This document shows positions 42,926 to 56,158 of a stretch of 64,000 nucleotides of DNA, in pieces. The notes under the pieces are model-generated. The model worked only from the letters and a program-made list of their open reading frames with translations, was not told the origin of the DNA and did no database searches. A program made the position numbers and the translations under genes. The stretch is from Chrysomallon squamiferum (taxonomy: Eukaryota > Animalia > Mollusca). Position 1 is the stretch's first letter; each line of letters opens with the position of its first letter. The DNA lies in contig CM022666.1 in the NCBI GenBank assembly GCA_012295275.1, positions 2,480,001 through 2,544,000 on the forward strand, read 5' to 3'.

Positions 42926-44739
42926 GGTGGCTTGTAAATACATCTACAGATTGTTTTGTTTGTTTAAACTATCATGAAAAGGACAGTCCATGTAATGGCA
43001 GGAAGATTAGATCTCGTGGACCATGGAATCACAGGATTCTTCTCTCGTGTTGTAATTTTATAATTTTAAATTGTGTTCAAATAAACCAACCTTCTATCCT
43101 TTTTTTTTAAATTCATTTTTGATTCTTTCATTCTTTCATGTTAGAAATTATGTAAAAATAATAAAAACAATGACTGGCAGTAATATGTAATGATGTCATT
43201 AAGGCACATGAAGTTTTTATAAATTGCAGGTTTCAAACCATTTATCCAGTTTCCAGAAATCTTGGGGAAATTCAGAAAACTAGCTACTTTTGAATTAGTC
43301 AAGCTTTGTTTTAGTTTCCAAGAAGCCCATTCAAGTGAGAGTGTTGCTGTTACAAGGGACCCTATCATGTAAGTCATTATTTGTTTCAGTTTACTTTCTT
43401 TTTCATTGTTTATCATGTCTGAAAGACTAACACAAACATAACTTGCTAGTGAAAAGCATACTCTATTCAAGTATTCTGATAATGGTAAGTCAATTAATAC
43501 AGACTAAACACTAAACAGGCTATTTTCTTTACAGTTTCAGTCTTTATTTTTCATTGTTTGTTTTTTATATTTCAAGTAAAGATTTGTTCTGTGTCCAGAA
43601 ATCTGGACCCTTCCCAGTCCCAACCTTGTCAGATAAAAAGGTTCATTAATGTATATGATTAATTAATGTAAGGATGAATCAGTGAATGAAAAAAAATATT
43701 GTTGGATCAGAAAAAAACAAATGAGTAACAGCGCAAAAAAAAGTTTAGCAGGAAGTAATAAAATGATGAATGATGAATATCATTGTAAATCAAAAGTATA
43801 TGGAAATTATATCGTGAAGTCTTCTAAAATGTAATAATGATTAAAAAAATGAAAATTATAGAGTTAATAAATTTACTTCAGTATTATATGTTTTTGAGAC
43901 TTTTATTTCTAATTTATATATATTTCAATTTAAGATCAAATTAAAAACTATTTTTGGTTACAATAATTGAATTAGAATAGAGTCAGTGCTTGCCTTTTCA
44001 CCAAGTGCAGCTGCATTTTAGAAAATAAAAATAAAAATATATAAAAAAATAAAAATAAAATAAATAAATAATAAAATAAATAATAATATAATATAAATAA
44101 ATAAATAAAATAAATGAAAGAAAGAAAATAAAAGAAATAAAGAAAGAAAGAAAGAAAATAAAAACAAATAAATCTAACTGAATAGTTTTTTTGTCACAGA
44201 TGGAAAATAATGAATAAATGAGTAAATGAATGAAAGAAGAAAGAAAAAATGGAACTGAATTTTTGTTTAGAAATATAGAGGGAAATATAATGAATTACGG
44301 AATAAAGAAAAGAAGGAAAAATAGCTGAATATATGATAAAAACTAATTGTAACAGTCTGTTGTCATGGAGATGGGAATACAGTGAATAAATTAATGAATT
44401 AGTAAATGAATGAATGAATGAAAGAAAGAATGAAGGATAAAACAGCTGAATTCACGAATATAACCTTTTTTTTTTTTTTTTTTTTTTTTTAAAGTGAATT
44501 AACCACTGAACTACAACCCATGGGAAATTGAGCTCATTACAAAATCTAATTCTAACACCACAGGCTTTTTCTTGGCAGACATGAGTGTGTAACAGATGAA
44601 TGCAAGTTCAACAATTCTTCAACACATTTTAATGTTAGCAATTGTTGTATGTTGGATTGTTTTGTTGGTTTTTTGGTGTGTTTTTTTTTTAAATATTAGA
44701 CAAAACTGATGTCAGCATTTCACAGGCAATGCATTCTGA

Positions 44740-45260
44740 TTTATTCACTGACAGGTAATACAGATATCCTTTCCACAGACAGAAACCACAACTTTTAATA
44801 AACCAGTCGCAGGACCCTGGTTAGAATGGGAAAATAACATAATGGGATGGGAGCTTTAAAGAATATTGGCAGCAAGGTTGCTTTTTAAATATCCTTCCCA
44901 CACACAACTTTTAACAAACAAATATAGCTGTCCAGAAAGGGAAAAATGTTTAATGAGAATATAGAAAAAAAAAATGGCAGCAAGAAAATATTTTAATTAT
45001 GGACCTTCTCACAGACAGTAAAGTAGATACAACAGTTTGTGATAAATCATTCACAGAACCCTGGTTAGAAAGTCAAGTAGCTTGATGAATAACATCAACA
45101 GCAGGAAAACATTTATAATGCACCTTCCTACAGACTACAAAACTGCAACACTACAAGCATCTGACAAATTGGTCACGGAACACTGATCCGAAGGGACACG
45201 AGTTTAATGAACCTGCATCCTGTCATTATGCTCTAAACACGAACTCTAACCACAGATCTG
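44740..45260 (-). repeat. Diverged tandem array (~4 units) of the SINE core/body
   Basis: Recurrent GGCAGCAAG...CCTTCYCACAGACAG...CCCTGGTTAGAA. Confidence 0.6.
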
Positions 45261-45633
45261 GGATCTGCCCCTGGAGCATGACAAAGACTGCAGGTACAGA
45301 AACCTGTTCGTTACTAGTCTATTGTCCAAACATGACCAGTATTCCACTGGTTGAAGCTATAAATACTCCGCGAATCTGATCAGAACACGAACTCCTGTGT
45401 GTAAGTGTAAACATTACAAGGTTTTGTAAGAGCAGTGATTTACCGTGCGCTGCAGCAGTGATTTAATAGTCGGTGTGCTTAATACACTTAAATGTTATCC
45501 GAGGAACACTGCTAATCATTTTGTTTTTCAACTTAGAAACTGCAGAAAGCTCTGGAGGTTAACATTTTGTGCATGACGTTTTGTCTCTTTCAGTCTCTCT
45601 GGATTTCTGTGTGTGTGTGTGTGTGTGTGTATG

Positions 45634-45666
<33 letters not shown>

Positions 45667-46462
45667 AGTCTGTCTGTCTGTATAAAGGTATGAGTATAAT
45701 GTGACTGGGTTAGAATACTAACAGATTGTTAACAGAGCTTATGGACACACAGACACATAAATATACACAAACATACATACATCCATGCATCTGTGTATCC
45801 ACAAACACACACATACCCACACAAACAAACACACGTAAACACAAACACACACATATACATACACACACACACAAACACACACAGACACACCCAAATAACA
45901 AAAACACACATCTTGAAAAATACCATTTTCCACCATCACCACCACCACCAAAAAAAAAAATAATTAATATCAATAAGTGAAAACTCTCAAGTTAAATCCA
46001 TCACATTAGTGGCAGGCTCATCTGTGTAAATCCTCACCATCTGTTCTATCTACTTCTAACGAGATGACAGGTATGCAGACAGGTGGCTACTTAAGGGTTA
46101 AACCAACAGAACAACAACAACAGCAGCAGCAGCAGCAACAGCGTGTTGTTCACCTTTTCACACACATCATAATTTTAATATCAGTCTACAGATGCTCTCT
46201 GAATAGTCAGGATGAAGCTTTGACTTACGACGGAGGATGCTGGGCACGTTTCAAACCTAAATCTGTCTCAGATCAATGGCAGGTGATGAGAAACGGAGAA
46301 GTAAACATTAATTAACTTTGTTAAAAATTTTAACATCTCGTTTCGCTAATTATTCCCTTCATGCTTAAATCGCACTTTCTCTGTTAGGGCTTTTTGCTCA
46401 AGGTTGTTTGTAATTATATAGATGTGTGTCTGTGTGTGTTGTTTTGTGTTTGTGTGTGTGTT

Positions 46463-46526
<64 letters not shown>

Positions 46527-46658
46527 CATGCATGCATTAATGTGTCAAACACACACAATTTCTTATTTTAAACAGTTCTTTTTGGGTTTTTTCTTTGATA
46601 TTCTTAAAAATAAATATAGCTTCTTCACATACTGTAACTAAATTTTGAGGTGATAATT

Positions 46659-46694
<36 letters not shown>

Positions 46695-49232
46695 AAAATG
46701 GTTTGCTTACTGATATGCAATACATCTCCTAAATGCAACCTATGAAAACAAAATAAATCAGATATACAGAATAAATCAATACAACGACTCTTGTAAAATA
46801 TCAAATTTCCTTAACAAATTCAACCACACCCTAAATACAATTTAAAATAATAATAAACCTTTCTTATTTATTAAATATTTTGGTCCCCATAATTGAAGTA
46901 AAATTTGAAAGTACAAACACATGCATGCATGCTTGACAACATAAATAAACCTTCAAATCACACACACACACACACTTCTTGTGAAATATTCTGTATAAAA
47001 CAACTTGGGTATATCTTCTTCATCTTTTGTTCTTAATTATTTTCTCTTTTTTACCCTCTGATTATGAATTTTCATTACAACTCTAATACAACATCTCCCT
47101 TTGTTACGAAACTGTTTGGGCCTCACAGTAACGTCATTTTACAATGCATACAGCCTATAACAGTCACATAATTTACATGCACGCACGTTTGGGTGAGCCT
47201 TTGAGTGTCTGAAACGAATAGCCTATAACAACCGTATTATCGTTTAAGCTATTAAATTTACAATGGTTTAACAATTGCTAGGTAATAAATAAACTTAAAA
47301 ATAAGCATTTTATTTTGCACTCGCACGTATGGCCGCATTGCATGCATTCGAATCACGTAACACATTGTTAATTCAACAACCGTGCAATACGACTAGTATC
47401 TGTTTACACGCACAGTACTTCAGTTCATACTCTATATTAATTTATTAATTGACTTGTGAAACTGCTACAGCTGTAGTCACATGATCAAGTTACCAGCTGG
47501 CTTTTTGCGAGGATAATTCACGAAATTCTACTCCGATGGTTTTCGTCGCTTTTATTTCTGTATTTATTATTCTGTATTCGAGCATATTATTCCGACACGC
47601 CTGCCTCTGTGGAATCATTTCTGTCTGTTAACAAGCAGATGTTTAATGAGAGAGAAATCAGTAATTACAATCCGTAACCTCACATTAATGTTGCTGTGTG
47701 CTTAATTTATTGATTTAGGGTCAGAAGTAAGCATCAGGTGTGCATATTAACACACGTTTTTGACTTGCATGGTCAAACCACCGAGTAAAAATATCTTGTT
47801 TTAAAAAAAAAAGATAAATAACAACTGTTTGTGATTTCCCCCATTACGGTTCTTATACATTGAATTTGTTTATTTAAAAATAACAGGTCAGTTTAACGAA
47901 TGTTTAAATACACTAATAAATACAAGTACACCTTACATGGGTAAATTACATATTTCAGGTGTTATCTAAATTTTAAAAAATGATTTAAATTTTTTTCAGA
48001 AAGAATGTTACGTCTCACTGAATTTGTTGCACGCTATGTTGATTTCAGATCACAGATCAGTATTAAGAATATTTAAATATGATAATAAAGTAAACCACCA
48101 ATTTCAAAGGTTATCTAAAGAAAAAAAATGTTTAAAAAAAAAGATGAAAGAGTAATAATGATCTGATACCTCCCATTAAAGTTTTCACACACTAACTTTA
48201 TTGATTAAGTATTAAGAACATTTAAATATGATAATAATAAAGTACAAGTCTGTTTTACGCTGGTAAGTCACAAACTCTTGAGCTTATCAGTGCATTCAGT
48301 GCAAACAGACCAAATATCAGGATCCACAAAACAGGATCTTTAAAAATATTTAGGTTTCTACGTTATTTAGAGATTGTCACAAAAATATTTCTGTTAAGAG
48401 AAGATATGCCTGTTACCATCATCATTTGAAATAATTTTTTTTTTAAAAATGGAAGAAAAATACATATGTATGCCTTTAAATTTTGTATTATCATACTTCA
48501 TTGTTAGCAGAGATTGGAATATATTTTTGTTTTTAAATTTAAACTATGTAAAACCTAAAGTACTGAAGACTTGAAATATATGTTATATTCAAAAATTGCA
48601 ACCTGCACAAGAAAACCATGCAAGTTTATTTAATAAATTCTTAACATCTTTAATTAAACCTTGCACCAAGAATAACCTTTTTGGGAAAGAAATATATATA
48701 TTTTTTTCATTTTTTTCATTTTTTTTTTTTTTTTTTTAAATTAGAAAAAGAGATTATTTTGTTTTTCACTGACAAAATGAAAGCTGCTGATGAAGATATT
48801 AAATGTTAAATGTCATGCAACACCCAAGTGTATACAATTGTAAAATGCCAATGTTTTTGTGTGTACAGAGTGGATAAAGAATTGTGTTCTTTAGAAATAG
48901 ATATAAAAATAATTTTATAACTGAAAATATTTATAAAAAAATAAAAAAATCTATAATGAAAAATATTAACAATACTTTTATAATAAAAAATATATATATT
49001 TTTTAAAATTAAAAAAAAAATAATACATTTTTAACAATGGAAGATATTAACCATACATTTTCTGTATTTACCAATATTAATACTTTTATTAAGAAAATAT
49101 TTATTAATATGTAACAAATCATCAAAGGAAAATAATTTCCTTAAGTTGTGTGTGTGAATGAGTAAAATGGTTGTAGGTGTGTCTGTGTATAAGAAACATA
49201 TTACAAGACCTGAATTAATTTTTTTTTTAAAT

Positions 49233-49281
<49 letters not shown>

Positions 49282-49293
49282 CCCATGCATACA

Positions 49294-49325
<32 letters not shown>

Positions 49326-49541
49326 CAAATAAATATACACATAAATACATACACATAAACAGAAATACATACAAATATATAGACACACACACACACACAC
49401 ACACAAAATCAGACACCAATTAAACTACACTCTATTTTATGTAGTAACATCAGTTACATTAACAATATTTTATTGATAACTATTTCCAGATTTCCCATGA
49501 ATATTAATAATGTACCTTTATTTAGTTTAGATGTGCATTAT

Positions 49542-49575
<34 letters not shown>

Positions 49576-49743
49576 CTTACAACAGAATTATTCTGTCAAT
49601 ACACATGAAACATAATCAGCAGGCCAAAAAAAAAAAAAAAAAAAATCAAAAATAATAAAAAGCTCTGTGTTGACATATTGTGCGACAGGTGTAGTTATTA
49701 ATGGCTCTTGTTAACGTCTGCACATGATGTCATTACAAAGTGA

Positions 49744-49762
49744 CAGTGCCACCTAGTGACAA
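49744..49762 (-). promoter_or_regulatory. Candidate CTCF binding site
   Basis: Minus strand reads TGTCACTAGGTGGCACTG, matching the CTCF core CCACYAGRKGGC at 11 of 12 positions. Confidence 0.45.
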
Positions 49763-51660
49763 TAGTAAACTGTTAGAGGAGATATTGATAAAACTGCTTT
49801 CAGTGTGTACAAAAGATCCCAGTAATATTGTGGCAGCCAGTAGAGCGATGAGAAAAAAAATAATAAAAATATATAAAAAAAATTCTACAGCTGTAGAAAG
49901 GTTGCCTAAGTGGTGAATGGGTGGGGTGGGAGAGACAGAATGAATGAACGGATAACCAATGAATGAATGGATGGATAGGTGAATAAATATTTGTTGAGCG
50001 AGTGTGAGAATGGATGAATGGATGGATGAATATTTGTTGAGTGAGTAAATGGATAACTAATGAATGAATGGATAAATGAATGAACATTTAGTGAATGAGA
50101 GAGTGGATGGATAGATGGATGAATATTTGTTGAGGTATGTGTGAGTATATTTATATGTCTAGATTTGTATGAATGTGTGTGTATGTGTATGTGTGTTTTA
50201 TCTAGAGTCATATATATCTAAATTGATGTGCAGGTGTGACTGTATATTCTTGTACTGTAATTTTGCTCTGCATATGTGTATGTGTGCAACTTTGTATGGG
50301 TTTTGAAAAACAACAAATATACCTGTTTATCTAATTTACTATAATTTATTACTATAAAATGACTAATAAATGGAGTATTAAATATTAATGTGTTTTATTG
50401 TTTATTTTTTGTTTTTTTTCTTTCCAAAAAACAAATATAAAAAAATTAATTAAATTAATTTTTAAATGTGTAATAATTAAAATCAATTAAATGGTTTTAA
50501 ATTTAAAAGAGAAATAATACAACGAAAAAAAAAATTAAATTAAAAATGCATCAACATGAAACAACACCTTTTTAGTTTTAGCCTTAAACTCAGTTACTGT
50601 TGCAAATATCATTTAAGTATTTATTTCAAATTAGAGGAAACTCTGGATCCGAAATATGGTCAGACAGATCCAGTTTCCGATATCTTTGTAGTTGTTGTTA
50701 TTTGCAGACAATCCACATGACATTTAAACTAGACAAATATAAATAACATAAATTTCAAATGCTGAAGTTAATCTAAACACCTCTGAAAGAGAATCTGATA
50801 TTATCTATCTTAATGTTTACCATCAATATACTGAAATGTTTTAAGAACAAACATTTAATGTTGCTGTTATTTGAATGTTCATGTCTCTGGGTTTTTTTTA
50901 AACAGAGATCTATAAAAAAAAATATATATATATTATAATGCAAAATATTCACTTTAAAACATCAGTAATAATGTTCAGGCTTTTGTTTTTCTTTCATTTT
51001 TTATTTGCCTTTTCTAAACAAATTAAAATCAGATATAAATTTACATATACAGTTCTAAAGCATGTTACTAACTGCTATATAAATAAAATGTGTAGGTATT
51101 TTAAATATCAGTGGAATGCATAATGTATATCAGACAATGCTATAAAAATCAGATTTATGTTTCATGTGTAACTATATGCTAACTAAATATCATGTAAGTG
51201 TGACCAAATATATAAAGGCTTGGGTTTTATTTATTTTTATTTATTTATTTATTTATTTATTAGCACTGGATTTAGGTATGATTAGCCAACCATGAGAGGT
51301 GGTAACTAACCAAAACATATGATCATAATGCTAATGTCTAATCCCATATACATTATATGGTCATATTACACTACTTAAGTACAAGCGTCGTTTATAACAT
51401 TATTGCTTACATTAAGTTATTTAATGACAGAAATTAAACCTGTTATAATAATGCAAAAATAATTGCCTTAATACAAATAATTTCGCGTTTATTTTTTTTA
51501 TTTAATTTTTTTTTTTTTTTTTTTTTTGTAATTTATTTTGGATATTTATTTATTTATTCTCTTTACCTTTATTGAATTATTGACTAACTCCCAAGTCATG
51601 AAGTATGAGGTTACTTTTGACATTTCCAAACAATAATGTTCTTGTTAACTCTGGACTTAC

Positions 51661-51810
51661 CGATGTTTTAATATCTTTGTTGGTAGAAATACGTCTGTGG
51701 AAGATCCTTGCCTGCTCTGGTTCGGTATCACTGTCCGAGGATTCATCCAGACCACTCATTTCATTTAATTTCCCTAACGAGCCTCCCTTGCTCTTTATGG
51801 AGGCCGCCAT
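51661..51810 (-). CDS. DGKH: DGK eta/delta-like coding exon 1 (50 aa, acidic SDSDTE and RRIST motifs)
   Basis: ATG in GAGGACATGGCG context with an in-frame TAG 12 nt upstream; ends TCG|GTAAGT; resembles the SDSE...RKVSTSGQIR segment preceding the PH domain in vertebrate DGKH/DGKD. Confidence 0.85.
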
Positions 51811-52034
51811 GTCCTCTTCCAACTAGTAAATCCCTTCTGTTTGGAGAGCGCACCGATGATTAACGCAGCACTGCAGACGGAAATCTGTTTCGTCTATAGC
51901 ATATTGATCGGTTTTCTGTGATTTCATTTCAGCAGTGTGCAAAAGATTTGTTGTTGCATCTATCCACCGACTTGAAACACGTATGAAAAACAAATACGAC
52001 GTGTTTATACACACAGATTTCCAACTGAATACCC

Positions 52035-52082
52035 AGTGGCGGTCTAGGGGGCGGGGCTCGTATAAATTAGCCATTTTCGTGA
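52035..52082 (-). promoter_or_regulatory. Putative DGK proximal promoter (GC box plus YY1-like AAAATGGC)
   Basis: GGGGCGGGGC at 52048-52057 and GCCATTTT at 52070-52077 (+ strand), in a locally CpG-retaining zone ~240 bp upstream of the DGK ATG. Confidence 0.5.
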
Positions 52083-52524
52083 GCATGCATTTTTTTTTTT
52101 TTTTTATTATTAGTTTTGTAACTTTAATCTCTTAGAGGTTTGTTACTGTATTTATTATTTATTTATTTTTTATTTTATTTATTTATTTTATTTATTTTAT
52201 TTGTGTTTATAAATAAAGAATGAATCACTTAATGAAGGCTGATTTTAATTTTTAATTTATTTTGATATATGAACCGAATCTTTTTATTTTTTTTTTTTTT
52301 TATTTTTTTTTTTTTTTTTTTCGATATTGATATTATACAGGGCAAGAACCTGAGATCTTGAATGTTAAAAGCTGCACGACAAGACTAATTATGATCAAAT
52401 GTACGACGTTTATCACTCACTTACGGATCTTGTCCATGTAGTAAGTGGAAGCTGGATCGATTCGCTTCGCCGGACTTTGTCGAAAACGTTTCATTTAAAA
52501 ATACGATTGCCAGCTAGCTGTGTT

Positions 52525-52591
52525 TTATTATTATTATTATTACTACTACTACTACTACTACTACTACTATTATTATTACTATTACTATTAC

Positions 52592-52627
<36 letters not shown>

Positions 52628-52651
52628 TATTATTATTACTACTACTACTAC

Positions 52652-52705
<54 letters not shown>
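52525..52705. repeat. (TAT)n/(TAC)n trinucleotide microsatellite
   Basis: Directly visible; source of the poly-L/Y/N pseudo-ORFs. Confidence 0.96.
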
Positions 52706-52829
52706 AATATAATAATAGTATAGCCAATGCTCCCTTATAAGATCAGACGTTTAAATTACATAAAGCCAATCTTAATCTAGTCGTAATTCAGTGCCAATAA
52801 AAATAATTTCCGACAGCTACTTTACAACT

Positions 52830-52960
52830 GCAACGTTAGCCCAAGGCTTTGCGGATTACTGAATTAGCTTTCTTATGTTACCGACTTGGACTGTTTCCCG
52901 TTCCAAACAGGGTATCACTGATAGTTTATCAAAGGTCGTGGTATGTGTGGTATTCGGAAA
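52830..52960 (+). mobile_element. SINE fragment (post-tRNA region)
   Basis: GGACTGTTTCCCGTTCCAAACAGGG...TATCAAAGGTCGTGGTATGTG resembles the same SINE body. Confidence 0.45.
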
Positions 52961-53283
52961 AAGTGTCAGCTGGTTATTGATCACAGGAGTCTGTTGAAAG
53001 GAAATATGAGATGTAGTTCATCATCATCATCATCATTTTGCAGACGTAAATTACTTGTTATGAAAAATTATTGTTAAATAGATAATTTCCGTTTATTTTA
53101 TTTTATTTTATTATTTTAAAGTTCTTCTGTTTAAACATTAATTGTTGTTTTTTTGACATCAAGTTGTGAAATCTCTAGAATTATTATGATTGTTATTATT
53201 GTTGTTGTTGTTGTTTATGTAGTTGTTGCTGTTATTATTATTATTATCATCATCATTATTATTATTATTATTAGTAGTATTAT

Positions 53284-53335
<52 letters not shown>

Positions 53336-54581
53336 TGTAGTTGTAGTAGTAGTATAAACATAGTATTCTCAAGAAAGGAGATGTAGAATAAAAAGTCTGA
53401 AATATTGCGGTATTAAAACAGCAAATGAATAACAATATTAAAAGTTTACTGTATAAATTGTTTTTATCACATATACATCAGAAAACATTCATATGTACCT
53501 AGGTGCCCATATACGTACGCATGTATGTATGTACGTCTGTGTGTATGTATGTATGCATATGTATGTACGTACGTTCATATGTATGTATGTATGTATGTGT
53601 GTGTGTATATGTATGTACGTATGTTCTTATGTATGTATGTATGTGTCTAGAAATGTGTCAATTAATTTTTATTGTTTTTCTTGTTCTTTAACAGGAAAAT
53701 CATAACAACAACAGAACAGCAGCAACAACAACAGCAACAAACAAAGTTTCCGACTGCTACTAATTAGAATGAAAAATCAATTAAAACTTGAGATAATTAA
53801 ACAGTTTATATACAGATCTAAAACTCTTGAAAATATCGGTATATATCTGTTTCAGCCGTTGAATTATTTAAAACTGTATTCATAATTGCTATTAGTTATT
53901 AGCTTTTTAATTAATACTGTAAATATTAACGTTCGTTAGATTTTATGTTTTGAAATAAACGAAATGACATCATTTGGTTATTAATTTACGAATATGCCAT
54001 TTAATCATTGCATGCTGTGAATATATTAATAGCTTTGTATTATTTAATTTAAAAAAAAAAAAATTGTTGAACCAATAAATATTCATCAAAATTCAAAAAA
54101 TAAATTAATTAGTTAATTAAAAAGAAAAAATAGAAAAAAAAAGAAAAGGAAAAAAAAGCTCGGAATACGCCATTACTGAAACAGTGAAAGGAAATAAACA
54201 GTTAAGGGACATAACCATATTGTTACAAGACAAAAGAGTTGTCTCCCCTATAATAGTGTCGACGAAAAAAAGTAATTCAGTACTAAATTTATTTTTGTTT
54301 TAAATTAAATTAAAATTCATTTCTTTTTACTACCAACTTTTAGTTGTTTGCACGAAGAAACCAAATGTAACCACAATAATAATAAAATAATAATATGACA
54401 TTGAAATAATTGATTAAATAGTTGTCTGTTAAGTTTACGTACGTCATTAACTGTTCGTAAATGCACTTTTATTTAACATGGCGTCGATTCAGATAATGTC
54501 TATGTACTTGGTACTGCCAATTAAAATGTATTTTCGGTTTCATCAAACGAATATTCCACTCTTGACTTAAGTTTAATTACA

Positions 54582-54630
<49 letters not shown>

Positions 54631-55333
54631 AAGAAGAAGAAGAGAGAAAAAAATGAAATAAAAACTTTAATTTGTACTTTTGACGTGGTGCAGATTTTTT
54701 GATGTTGTTGAATTTTTATATATATATATATATTTTAAAAAGTCTTTTTCATACTATCAGCAGTGCATTATCATAATCACTAATAATAACAAGGTTCTGT
54801 ATCAAACATTTCATTATCGTGTAGATGTTTTCATTAAGTTTGCGGTTATTGCAGTTTTTGTCGTTCGTTTACTCGTTCATATATGTTTCTTGATAACAGT
54901 GGCCATCCCTTTCCCCCTTAAAACAAACAAACAAACAAACAAACAAAAAAAAAAAAAAAAAAAAAAAAAACGCACAAAAAACGACAACAACTAAACAAAC
55001 AATAAAAACAATAACAAAACCCTTGACTATTCAACAGCTATAAATATTAAATATGTTTCAAAGAAATCACTGTAATTATCTTTCATTGCAATAAAATATT
55101 ATAATATAGATAATAAATATTAAAAAGAAAACCGTACAAACAAATAATTAAAAAAAAAACGCCTTTACCTGAAATTTAAAACTGACCAAAAAATATAAAA
55201 TATTGTTTATTCACAACATATTTTAAAATACATGTATAATGAATGTAGCATAAAACATATATAGAATATTCTAAGAAAGAACGCATATTGATATAACAAC
55301 AACGATAATGACAACAACAGTAATAATAATAAC

Positions 55334-55373
<40 letters not shown>

Positions 55374-55388
55374 GTAATAGTAATAGTA

Positions 55389-55447
<59 letters not shown>

Positions 55448-56094
55448 TACATGATAATCATTACTATTTTCATTCCACTTCACTTAATTTCAGATTTAAA
55501 TATATGTTATTGCTGAAGTTATGGTTGTAATGTCTGGAAGCAGCAGTATTCAGTAATATTATGACAAACATGATACATTTCTATCATTCCTGGCATAAAA
55601 TATACGACAGAAGGGAGGATATTAAAAAAAAAAAAAAATGTAGCAAAGTTCATAAGTTCAAATTTTATGTACATGTAAACGAAATAGTATCAGTCTCAAT
55701 GTAGATAGATTTTGTATGATATGTGACGATTTTTGGAGTATTTTATTTATGATTAATTTGACTTTATGCGTATCTGAATAAAAATACCATATCTTTCTTC
55801 ATAGAATAAATTAACAAGCATAAAATGATGAAAATAAACGAATTCATTTTTTTTTTTTTTTTTTTTATAAACCCAAAAACAAACATTGTTGTCTCCCTTA
55901 TAAGTACACCCTCATTTCTAATGAAATCGTTTCCAGAATAATTTATGACCGAGTTTCGATATCTATTAACAGACACTGTGATTTATAAAACATTTATGCA
56001 TATGAAGACTACCCTATTTCACTGAAGGGAGATACATTAATGCCATACATTTATCATGACTTGCGGTTATTAACGTCAGATAATAATTTAGCTG

Positions 56095-56158
<64 letters not shown>

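Larger units (their letters stand above)
20146..51810 (-). other. DGKH: Type II diacylglycerol kinase (DGK eta/delta-like) gene, 5' part; continues beyond the left edge of the window
   Basis: Four GT-AG, phase-0 exons join into MAASIKSKGG...SSDSDTEPEQARIFHRRISTNKDIKTS|TCIKEGYLLKQTSSFQ|RWKRRYFKLKGRKLYYAKDTK|[27 protein letters not shown]. This matches the N-terminal PH domain of DGK eta/delta (IKEGxLLKQTSSFQRWKxRYFKLxGRxLYYAKD). Eta versus delta cannot be resolved. Confidence 0.93.

Noticed and set aside
42471-42943. Overlapping ORFs, including a DIIMIQEH motif resembling a LINE endonuclease
   Set aside because: The DNA is better explained as the tRNA-derived SINE, and no further endonuclease or reverse-transcriptase motifs follow.
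46064-46315. Poly-Q ORF (MTGMQ...QQQQ)
   Set aside because: A short (CAA)(CAG) microsatellite antisense within an intron, with no other coding signal.
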